Positions 10,117 to 18,165 of a DNA stretch of 64,000 nucleotides are shown here, piece by piece. Within the stretch, counting starts at the first letter, position 1. Every line of letters starts with the position of its first letter. The translations under genes and the position numbers were made by a program. Location: assembly GCA_041665345.1 (NCBI GenBank), contig JBAYJA010000001.1:602522-666521 (forward strand). The letters are read 5' to 3'. This DNA comes from Patescibacteria group bacterium. GTDB lineage: Bacteria > Patescibacteriota > Patescibacteriia > PEXW01. The notes below the pieces were generated by a model. It did not search any database. It was not told where the DNA came from and worked only from the letters and a program-made list of their open reading frames with translations.

Positions 10117-11505
10117 ATGCAATTTCTTCATCTTCCTAGATGGAAAAAGCTCGCGGCTGTTCTTGCCCTCATGGCAATATGCATGCCGGTTTTTGCGCAA
10201 GCTGCCTTCCAACCGGGCAGCATTATTAGCGATGCAGAATTTACGGATGCAGGGAGTATGACGATTGCGGATATCCAGCGGTTCCTTGACCGGCGTGGCG
10301 GCGCACTCGCAAAACTATCTGTAGAAGATTTCAACAAGGTGCCGAAACCCGCAGCCCAGGCAATTTTTGAAGTGGCGCAACTGTACGCAATAAACCCACG
10401 GGTTATTCTCGTCACCCTCCAGAAAGAGCAGAGCCTGCTGACCCTCACCGCACCTTCCCAGCGAGGGCTAGACTACGCCATGGGCTATGGCTGCCCAGAC
10501 AGTGGTGGGTGCAGTGCAAATGCTGCAGGCTTCTACCGGCAAATTGATTTTGCCACCTGGCAATTCCGGAAGTACTTCACCTTCCCGTCCCAGTATACGT
10601 ACAAGAGTGGCGGAACCTACACGTTCCGAGATTTGGGAAATACCCGTATTTCCACGGTAACCATCCTCAACCAAGCGACGGCAAACCTGTACAACTACAC
10701 GCCGCACGTCTACAACGGGAATTTCAATTTCCATCGTTTCTACGCAGAGTGGTTTAGCAAAGTGTACCCTGACGGCTCGTTGCTCCGGATAGGGAAGAAC
10801 GGCGGCATTTGGCTCATCCAAAATGGTGAACGTCGCGCCATGCAAAACCGTGCCGCGTTCGTTACCCGCTTTGGCGATTTCAAAAAAGTCATTGAAGTAA
10901 CCGCCGACGTGATTGAACTCTACCCCCGGGGCGCAGACATTCGTTTACCAAACTACTCCTTGGTCCGCACACCGGACGGCCACATCTACATGCTCAGCGG
11001 GGATGAGAAACGGCTCATTGCCTCAGATGACGTTTTCCGTAACTTAGGGTTTAACCCTGAGGAAGTAACAGATGTCACCATGGAAGACATTGCGCCATAC
11101 TTGGATGGAGTGACCATATCTAATGCTAGTGCGTATCCTGCCGGCGCCTTGGCACAAATCAAAGAGACCGGTGCAATTGTCTGGATTGAGCAAGGTATCT
11201 GGTACCCCATTGTTGACCGTTCCATTTTGCAGTCTCGGTTCCCAAACCGCAAGCCAACCCTAAAAATCACTTCGAGTGAGTTAGCGAAGTACGAACGGGC
11301 AGCCTCGTTGACACTCCGGGATGGTGAGCTGGTTCGAACCAAAGGCGAAGGTGGTGTCTACGTCATCTCCAATGGTCTTCGCCGGGCAATTCGTTCGCGG
11401 CAAACCTTCAACCGGTACGGGTACAACATGAAAAATGTGCTGACCATTAGTCCCCGGGTCGCCGAAATGCACCCGGTTGGAACGCCGCTTGATGATCCAG
11501 CCTAA
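10117..11505 (+). CDS. Secreted hypothetical protein (signal peptide, 462 aa)
   Basis: N-terminal signal peptide LAAVLALMAICMPVFAQA, with the mature part Gly/Tyr/Asn-rich. No family recognised. Confidence 0.5.
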   Translation: MQFLHLPRWKKLAAVLALMAICMPVFAQAAFQPGSIISDAEFTDAGSMTIADIQRFLDRRGGALAKLSVEDFNKVPKPAAQAIFEVAQLYAINPRVILVTLQKEQSLLTLTAPSQRGLDYAMGYGCPDSGGCSANAAGFYRQIDFATWQFRKYFTFPSQYTYKSGGTYTFRDLGNTRISTVTILNQATANLYNYTPHVYNGNFNFHRFYAEWFSKVYPDGSLLRIGKNGGIWLIQNGERRAMQNRAAFVTRFGDFKKVIEVTADVIELYPRGADIRLPNYSLVRTPDGHIYMLSGDEKRLIASDDVFRNLGFNPEEVTDVTMEDIAPYLDGVTISNASAYPAGALAQIKETGAIVWIEQGIWYPIVDRSILQSRFPNRKPTLKITSSELAKYERAASLTLRDGELVRTKGEGGVYVISNGLRRAIRSRQTFNRYGYNMKNVLTISPRVAEMHPVGTPLDDPA

Positions 11506-11507
11506 CT

Positions 11508-12302
11508 ATGGCAATTGTCGCTGCGGCCTTCGTTTCCCACTCTCCCCTGCTCCTGCCTACCACCAAAGCAACACACGCCAAGCGGCTTGCGGATTTGCAC
11601 AATGCCATGGATCGAGCCATGGAACACCTGTACGCCGCGAAAGTAGATTCGATCATTGCCTTTAGCCCGCACGCCTTGCAGGTTGGGAATACCTTCACCT
11701 TCAACCTCTCTCCTACCCTGGAGGCGCACTTTGACGACTTTGGGGATGTGAGCACTGTTGCCCACGCAACTGGGGACCCCAGTTTTGGCTACCGGCTGAA
11801 AGAGCAACTGGAAGCCCTGCTCCCGGTCAGTGCTGTGCACGACCCTCGGCTCAATTACGGCAGCGGCATTCCCATGCTCTTCCTGAACGCCCTGCCCACC
11901 AAGCCCCGCTGGGTGAATATTTCCACCCGCCTGAGCACCCTGGATGAGCACATTCGCTTTGGCGTAGCACTCCAAGAAGAACTGCAGAACACCACCCACC
12001 GGATTGGGATTCTGGCCAGCGGCGACCTGACCGCCAGATTTTCTGATGCCGCGCCCCAGGGCAAGCACCCCAAAGCCGAAACGTTTGTCCAAGCCTGGCA
12101 CGCAGCGTTGCAGGCCCATACTCTGCCTAGCTTCCTCCGGAGCTGCAGCGCTGAGCAAATCCAAGACTTAGGTGCGTGCGGTGCCTGGAGCATGGCGCAA
12201 CTGCTGGGAAGCATAAATTCGCTTCAGATGCACCACCAGGAGCACTACGCCGCAGCGCCGTACGGAGTTGCCTACAGTGTGGTTACATGGACACCTGCCT
12301 AA
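11508..12302 (+). CDS. LigB-type extradiol dioxygenase fold / MEMO1-like protein
   Basis: N-terminal AAFVSHSPLL and FSPHAL His motifs resemble the class III extradiol dioxygenase/Memo family. The gene is 3 nt downstream of the secreted protein gene. Assignment is tentative. Confidence 0.4.
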   Translation: MAIVAAAFVSHSPLLLPTTKATHAKRLADLHNAMDRAMEHLYAAKVDSIIAFSPHALQVGNTFTFNLSPTLEAHFDDFGDVSTVAHATGDPSFGYRLKEQLEALLPVSAVHDPRLNYGSGIPMLFLNALPTKPRWVNISTRLSTLDEHIRFGVALQEELQNTTHRIGILASGDLTARFSDAAPQGKHPKAETFVQAWHAALQAHTLPSFLRSCSAEQIQDLGACGAWSMAQLLGSINSLQMHHQEHYAAAPYGVAYSVVTWTPA

Positions 12303-12348
12303 GACCTAGCACCTAGGAGCTTTTGGTGCATTCCAGTACACTGCGGGT

Positions 12349-14088
12349 ATGCAGCCAGCCTTTGTCCAAATCATTCCCCTCCGCCGGGTGCCCCGGCAAT
12401 TTGGTGTACTTGATTACCAGCTAGCTGCAGACCAACCCCACCTCCAGCCTGGAGATATTCTGCAGGTGCCTTTTGGCACGCAAAAAATGGAGGGTGTGGT
12501 GTGGGCATTACTCACTGAGTCGAAGTTGCAGAAAGTCCGAACCATCCCTGCTCAGCAACCCCAAAAGTATTTTACCCCTGCGCAAATAGAGGTTCTGACC
12601 CAGCTACACCGAGCAAGTCTGGCGCCTTTGGCAGCTATTGCCCGGGGCATGGAACCACAAACGTACCCTCGGGTAAAGCAGAAAAAGCAAACGTCAAAGC
12701 AAGTGGAACCAACCATAGTTCTCACGCGAGATTTGCAAGCCCGCACGAAAATGCTCCAAGAGATTGTCCGCCGTGCGAGCGCCGAAAAGCAGGGCTTGAC
12801 CTGCGTTGTGGTGCCCACGTACACCGCACTTGCCGAGTGGGAAAAAGTCGCTGGGTCTGCTGCAGTGATACTCACGGCTAAGCAATCGCACAAGGAGCAA
12901 GTTGCTGCACTGACCAAAATTGCACACACACAGCTCCTGCTCTGCCTAGGCACCCAGCTCCTCCTGCCTTTTCCCGGACTCCACCGTCTGGTGCTTGACC
13001 AAGCAGATGACGCCGCGTACGGTCTGTACGAACAGCAGCCGCGCTTTGATGTCCGATGCCTGGCGCAAATTGTGGTACAAGTCTACGGCGCTTCGCTTAC
13101 CGTCCTTGCCCGTTGGCACAGTCCACGCCTGCAAACCTGGATCCCAGCCCGTAGGACTCCGGTCACCTTAGGGACGCTGGCTCCGGTAACCATCATCAAC
13201 CGGCAATTGGAAACTTTGGAAGATCGTCGGCTACCACTCTCACCAACCTTACTGACTAACCTGCATTCGCAAAAAGTTCTGTGGCTCGTTGATACCCCAG
13301 ATGACGCCAGGGCGCTGTGGTGTGCAGCCTGCGGTACGCCAGTACGCTGTCCAACCTGTAGCAACACCCTTCAGGTACGCAGTGAGGGACGAGAATTATT
13401 CTGTTCAAAAGATCGAACACGCATGGCAGCACCAGCACTCTGTGCAGCGTGCGGCAGCGCGCATTTGACCATGCAGAAGAAAGGCACGGCCGCGGTCCGG
13501 CAGCAATTGCGGAGTGTGATTCCGGCAGAGGAGTTTACTGAGATTGTCTCCAAAAAACCTGAGTTACCGTCCGCCACAGCTAGGCACGTTCTCTCCACGA
13601 CAATAATCCAGCGCTTTCCAGAATTACAGTTTGACGCGGTGGTCATTCCCTTTTTGGATTACACTATTACCCGGGGTGATGACTTTGCCGCGAGTGAGCG
13701 AGCTATGGATATTCTCGCTCTCGCCCGCATGCATGTTGCCCCAGGTGGAAAGATTTTCGTGCAAACCTTCCAACCTGACGCAAGCTTCTTTACCCACGTC
13801 CAGAACCCAGAGGCCTGGGCAGCTCACCTTACTGAGGAACGGCGTGAGCTTGGCTACCCTCCAGCAGGCATCTTGGTTACCCTAGAACAGCAAAGTCCCA
13901 CAAAAGCCACGGCTTCGCTCCCAGACTTCCCTAGCTTTGTTCGAGCCAGCAGCTTGAGTGCGCACCTGACCAGCCTTCGAGTGCCAAGAGCAAACTACGC
14001 AGAACTTGTCCCACTTTTGCAAACGCTCTCAGGCCAAGGTTGGAACATCCAGGTGAATCCTCCACGTTTGCCACGCCTGCAGGCTTGA
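12349..14088 (+). CDS. priA: Primosomal protein N' (PriA)-like, helicase motifs degenerate
   Basis: PriA-like N-terminal 3'-DNA-binding domain (GDILQVPFGTQKMEGVV) and a Cys-rich zinc region (CAACG..CPTC...C......CAAC). A PriA-like segment LVLDQADDAAYGLYEQQPRFDVR replaces the usual DEEHDSSYKQ...RY segment. No GxGKT Walker A is visible. Confidence 0.6.
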   Translation: MQPAFVQIIPLRRVPRQFGVLDYQLAADQPHLQPGDILQVPFGTQKMEGVVWALLTESKLQKVRTIPAQQPQKYFTPAQIEVLTQLHRASLAPLAAIARGMEPQTYPRVKQKKQTSKQVEPTIVLTRDLQARTKMLQEIVRRASAEKQGLTCVVVPTYTALAEWEKVAGSAAVILTAKQSHKEQVAALTKIAHTQLLLCLGTQLLLPFPGLHRLVLDQADDAAYGLYEQQPRFDVRCLAQIVVQVYGASLTVLARWHSPRLQTWIPARRTPVTLGTLAPVTIINRQLETLEDRRLPLSPTLLTNLHSQKVLWLVDTPDDARALWCAACGTPVRCPTCSNTLQVRSEGRELFCSKDRTRMAAPALCAACGSAHLTMQKKGTAAVRQQLRSVIPAEEFTEIVSKKPELPSATARHVLSTTIIQRFPELQFDAVVIPFLDYTITRGDDFAASERAMDILALARMHVAPGGKIFVQTFQPDASFFTHVQNPEAWAAHLTEERRELGYPPAGILVTLEQQSPTKATASLPDFPSFVRASSLSAHLTSLRVPRANYAELVPLLQTLSGQGWNIQVNPPRLPRLQA

Positions 14089-14101
14089 CGAAAAGGACTT
14101 T

Positions 14102-14602
14102 TTGCTATACTATTCTCCGATGGCGCTTTTACCACTCACCCTCATCCCCAGCCCAATACTCCGGCAAAAGACCAAGCCGGTAGACCTTGCTGTTCTGGAA
14201 ACGAAAGACTTCCAAGTTTTTTGCGATGACCTGATTGAAACCATGTTCGAAAAAGATGGGATTGGCTTGGCCGCACCACAAGTTGGGCAGAGCATCAGCG
14301 TCTGCGTAGTCACCCATGTGGATGGTCCAGTGATCATGGTCAATCCAAAGATCACCAAACATTCATTTCGCAAGCAGGTTATGGAAGAAGGTTGCTTATC
14401 CATTCCTGGTGTCTTTGGGACAGTCCGACGTCCCAAGCGTGTGGCAGTGACGTACACTGATCGCTTTGGTAAGGAGCAGAGCGTTGACGCCCAAGGGCTT
14501 TTTGCCAGGGTGATACAGCACGAAATAGACCACCTGAACGGTATCCTCTTTACGGATATGGTCATCACCTACACCCATGGCGAGCGACCAGCCAAAAGCT
14601 AA
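14102..14602 (+). CDS. def: Peptide deformylase
   Basis: Motifs GIGLAAPQVG, EGCLSIPG and QHEIDHLNG. Confidence 0.9.
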   Translation: MLYYSPMALLPLTLIPSPILRQKTKPVDLAVLETKDFQVFCDDLIETMFEKDGIGLAAPQVGQSISVCVVTHVDGPVIMVNPKITKHSFRKQVMEEGCLSIPGVFGTVRRPKRVAVTYTDRFGKEQSVDAQGLFARVIQHEIDHLNGILFTDMVITYTHGERPAKS

Positions 14603-15530
14603 AACCTGGAAAATTCTCTTTGCTGGGTCACCAGCATACGCTGTTCCCAGTCTTGAAGCTATCCATGCACTACCAGAATGTTCTCTGGTGGGGGTCTGCG
14701 CTCAACCAGCCAAGCCGCATGGTCGTGGCCATGTGTTACAACCAACAGCGGTTGAAACCTGGGCAAAGGCGCACAACATTTTTTGTCTAACTCCAACTAC
14801 CCTTCGAACCCCAGAAGCCCAAGCTGCTATCCGGGCATTGGCCCCAGATGTTGCCGTTGTAGTTGCGTATGGCAAGCTTATTCCCGCAGACCTGCTGGAA
14901 ATGCTTCCCTATGGTTGGGTCAACGCCCATGGATCTTTGCTTCCCCGCTGGCGTGGCGCTTCGCCAATCCAGCAAGCAATCCTTGCGGGTGATACGGAAA
15001 CCGGCGTGACGCTTTTGAAGCTTGATGCGGGTATGGATACCGGGCCAGTCTTTGCCTCGCTTCACGTTCCCATTGCAGATGATGATACTGCGCCAACCCT
15101 GGCAGAAAAACTTGCACGGTTAAGTGCTCAGGCATTCCAAGAGCACCTTGTCCCCTACCTCCTGGGAGAACGTCCGCTCCAACCACAGCCTGTTGATGGC
15201 GTGACCGTTGCGCCAATCTTAGAGAAGTCGGACGGGCAATTGCACTGGGATGAACCGGCCTCTGCTCTGTGTAGGAAAATCCGCGCCCTCCAACCCTGGC
15301 CAGGCTGCACCACAATCTGGAATGGCCAGCAGTTGACCATTTGGAAAGCCGAAGAAATTGTAGGTTCTGCGCAACCCGGCCTTGTTCAAGCGAACGGTGT
15401 AAGCTGTACCATTGGAACTGCTAAAAATTTGCTCAACGTTCTGGAAGTGCAACTGGCGGGAAAAAAACGAGTGCCCGTAGACGCATTTCTGCGCGGGGCA
15501 CCCGGGTTTATTGGAACGACCTTACCTTAG
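14577..15530 (+). CDS. fmt: Methionyl-tRNA formyltransferase
   Basis: N-terminal formyltransferase domain (ILFAGSPAYAVPSL, HGSLLPRWRGASPIQ) and a C-terminal domain. Overlaps def by 26 nt, as in the classic def-fmt operon. Confidence 0.9.
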   Translation: MASDQPKAKTWKILFAGSPAYAVPSLEAIHALPECSLVGVCAQPAKPHGRGHVLQPTAVETWAKAHNIFCLTPTTLRTPEAQAAIRALAPDVAVVVAYGKLIPADLLEMLPYGWVNAHGSLLPRWRGASPIQQAILAGDTETGVTLLKLDAGMDTGPVFASLHVPIADDDTAPTLAEKLARLSAQAFQEHLVPYLLGERPLQPQPVDGVTVAPILEKSDGQLHWDEPASALCRKIRALQPWPGCTTIWNGQQLTIWKAEEIVGSAQPGLVQANGVSCTIGTAKNLLNVLEVQLAGKKRVPVDAFLRGAPGFIGTTLP

Positions 15531-16232
15531 TTACTCAGCAACAATTTCCACCTTCTCCATCACGTCGCCAACGGCGATTTGCTTTACGACTTCCAAGCCT
15601 TTGGTCACCTGTCCAAAGAGGTTGTACTGCTTGGGGAGTTTGGTGGTTAAATCATCCAGGGCAATGAAGAACTGCGAGCCATTTGTATCAGGTCCAGAAT
15701 TTGCCATGGAAACTGATCCTACCAGGTACTCACCCTGTACTGGTTCATCCTCAAACTTGTACCCAGGTCCACCCGTGCCGTTACCCACTGGGTCTCCACC
15801 TTGAATGACAAACTCAGGTTCGACCCGATGAAAGGTCAAACCATTGTAAAACCCTTGCTCCGCCAGGTACACAAAGTTGCTGACCGTCTTTGGCGCGGCA
15901 TCACTCTTGAGCGTAAACTCAATAACTCCTTTGTTTGTCGTTAAAACCACCTTCTTGCTGCCAATCCGATCTGCGGGTAAAACTCCTGGGAAGCTGTAGT
16001 TCATAGTTTTCGTTGTTGATTGCGAGGTGTTCACATTTAATGCACTATAATTGTCGGCATTGGTATTTTTTTTGGTTCCAGAGTTGGTCCCAGACCAAAT
16101 GAGCACCACCGCGGCTATGAGAACGATGCCTACGACAGAGCTAAGCACAAGGGTGAGTTTTTTTATACGCATAAAAGCAGACGGATAGCGTTTGATAGGC
16201 CTAGTATAGCAGGCTTCACTGTGAACGGCCAA
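15531..16232 (-). CDS. Peptidyl-prolyl cis-trans isomerase, cyclophilin type, membrane anchored
   Basis: Core motif FHRVEPEFVIQGGDPVGNGTGGPGYKFEDE with an N-terminal TM helix. Confidence 0.85.
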   Translation of the reverse strand: MAVHSEACYTRPIKRYPSAFMRIKKLTLVLSSVVGIVLIAAVVLIWSGTNSGTKKNTNADNYSALNVNTSQSTTKTMNYSFPGVLPADRIGSKKVVLTTNKGVIEFTLKSDAAPKTVSNFVYLAEQGFYNGLTFHRVEPEFVIQGGDPVGNGTGGPGYKFEDEPVQGEYLVGSVSMANSGPDTNGSQFFIALDDLTTKLPKQYNLFGQVTKGLEVVKQIAVGDVMEKVEIVAE

Positions 16233-16267
16233 ATGCGCTATACTATTTCCCAGAAAGGATACCCCTT

Positions 16268-17077
16268 ATGCGAAAAATGACTCTTGTGTTTAGTGCTTTT
16301 GTGTGTGCCCTCCTGCTGGGTACTCCAGCGTTGGCACAGGTCAACGGTTCAACCGATCTTACCAAACCCACTATTTCCAGTGTGACGGTTAGCAACATTA
16401 CGTCCACCCGGGCTGAAGTCACCTGGTCCACCAACGAACCAGCCACCAGCTATGTGGATTTTGGAACCAGTGACCTCTACGGCACCACTGCTGGTGAAGG
16501 GAGCTACCTGACCGCACACGTCGTTACGGTTTCCGGCTTAACCGCAAACACCATTTACCACTTCCGCATTCGTTCCAAAGATGCAGCTGGGAATGAGGCA
16601 ACCAGCACGGACACGACCTTCACCAGCGCAGCAACTGCCGTGACAAATACAAACACTGCGGTGAATAGTAATGGGAATGTGAATACAAAGGTGAACACGA
16701 ATACCGCAGTCAACGCGAACGCGAATAAGAATACCAACACCGCGGTCAACAAGAATACGAACACGAAGGTGAATACGAACGCCAACAAGAACGTGAATAC
16801 GAATGCAAATGCAAACAAGAATGTGAACAAAGCAGCGGATGAAACGAATGTGAATTCGGCAAACCTGAATACCAACACGGTGAATGAGAACGCAAATGAC
16901 GCACTGGATCTGAATGCTAGCGCAGACACCACCAACACGACGAACACGGCGGATACCGGAACAACGTCCGATGGACGGACTGGCGTGCTCTTAATTGTCT
17001 TGGGATTACTCTTGCTGGTTGGCGTCCTGGTCACCCTGTGGGTGAAGTCCCGCCGGGAGCGCGGACCCCGCCCTTAG
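16268..17077 (+). CDS. Cell-surface protein: signal peptide, Fn3/PAP-N-like domain, Asn/Thr-rich repeat stalk, C-terminal TM anchor
   Basis: Signal peptide CALLLGTPALAQV, then a beta-rich domain (TRAEVTWSTNEPATSYVDFG) typical of Fn3-like purple-acid-phosphatase N domains. It is followed by a VNTNT/ANKN low-complexity repeat and a C-terminal hydrophobic helix plus RRERGPRP. Confidence 0.55.
   Translation: MRKMTLVFSAFVCALLLGTPALAQVNGSTDLTKPTISSVTVSNITSTRAEVTWSTNEPATSYVDFGTSDLYGTTAGEGSYLTAHVVTVSGLTANTIYHFRIRSKDAAGNEATSTDTTFTSAATAVTNTNTAVNSNGNVNTKVNTNTAVNANANKNTNTAVNKNTNTKVNTNANKNVNTNANANKNVNKAADETNVNSANLNTNTVNENANDALDLNASADTTNTTNTADTGTTSDGRTGVLLIVLGLLLLVGVLVTLWVKSRRERGPRP
16650..16975 (+). repeat. 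Imperfect short tandem repeats encoding an (N-T-N-T-A-V-N / A-N-K-N-V-N) low-complexity stalk
   Basis: Recurrent aacacgaat/aacaagaat units in the DNA, with a very biased Asn/Thr/Val/Ala composition in the protein. Confidence 0.5.
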
Positions 17078-18144
17078 TCCAAGGGCTGGTCAATAGTAGC
17101 TCCACCCAGGCAGACCTGCTGGTCGTAGAACGCGCAGATTTGCCCAGGCGTGATTGCACGCTGTTTACGGACAAAGTTGACCGTCAGCAGCCCATCATCA
17201 CCCACAATCACTGTACAGGCCTCCACAGGCTGCCTGTAGCGTATTCGTGCTGCACAATTAAAGGTTGCCCCAGGTGGCGTCCCTGCAACCCAGCTGGCTC
17301 CTGAAGCGGTTAGGCCTTTGTGGTACAGCACTTCATCTCGGTTCCCTTTGGCGACGATTAAGGTGTTGGTAGCTGAGTCTTTTGCTGCAACGTAGTACGG
17401 CACGCCACCCCCAACCCCTAGCCCATGCCGTTGGCCAATGGTGTACAGGGCAATGCCCTCGTGCTGGCCAACCACTGTACCATCAGCGGTTTGCACTGGT
17501 CCGGGATGAACACCAAAACGCTCTTTGAGCAAAGCATGCACATCCACCTTGCCCACAAAGCAAATCCCCTGGCTGTCAGGTTTCGCAGCAGTTGGTAACT
17601 TTGCTGCCTTTGCCATTGCACGTACCTCGGGCTTCCGTAAATGGCCAATGGGAAACTGCACATGCCGCAGCATGTCCTGGCTGAGCATGCACAGAAAGTA
17701 CGTCTGGTCTTTTTCGGTATCAACAGCCGTAAGCAGCTGAACATGTTTTCCGTCACATTCAACCCTAGCATAGTGTCCGGTAGCGATTTGATCGTAGCCT
17801 TCTGCAATCGCTTTTTGTAAAAACACCCCAAACTTAATTTCTCGGTTGCACCACACGTCTGGGTTTGGCGTCCTGCCCGCTGCGTAGGTGGCGTAGAAGT
17901 ACTCCAAAACCGCAGCACTGTACTCTTTGGTAAAATTCCAGGTTTCCCAAGGAATACCAAGGTGCTTGCTCACCTTCTCTACATCTGCCTGATCAATTTC
18001 CCACGGGCAGTCTGCCAGAGCATCTGGCGGTGGTTCATAGTTCTTCATGAATACGCCGCGCACATCAAAACCCTGCTGCTGCAGAAGCAGCGCGGCTACG
18101 GACGAATCAACCCCACCGGAGAGAGCAACAATAATCTTAGACAT
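17074..18144 (-). CDS. mnmA: tRNA-specific 2-thiouridylase MnmA
   Basis: PP-loop SGGVDSS at the N-terminus plus full-length similarity to MnmA. Confidence 0.9.
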   Translation of the reverse strand: MSKIIVALSGGVDSSVAALLLQQQGFDVRGVFMKNYEPPPDALADCPWEIDQADVEKVSKHLGIPWETWNFTKEYSAAVLEYFYATYAAGRTPNPDVWCNREIKFGVFLQKAIAEGYDQIATGHYARVECDGKHVQLLTAVDTEKDQTYFLCMLSQDMLRHVQFPIGHLRKPEVRAMAKAAKLPTAAKPDSQGICFVGKVDVHALLKERFGVHPGPVQTADGTVVGQHEGIALYTIGQRHGLGVGGGVPYYVAAKDSATNTLIVAKGNRDEVLYHKGLTASGASWVAGTPPGATFNCAARIRYRQPVEACTVIVGDDGLLTVNFVRKQRAITPGQICAFYDQQVCLGGATIDQPLD

Positions 18145-18165
18145 GGACAGCTTCTTTGCGTTGGA

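Noticed and set aside
16650-16975. Possible CRISPR array or non-coding tandem repeat
   Set aside because: The units are imperfect, have no constant repeat/spacer periodicity, and are in frame within a signal-peptide protein. This is protein low-complexity repeat, not CRISPR.
16555-17034. 159-aa minus-strand ORF overlapping the Asn/Thr repeat region
   Set aside because: It is antisense to the repeat-encoding surface protein. Its hydrophobic low-complexity translation (FVF/TFV) is the mirror of the sense-strand repeats.
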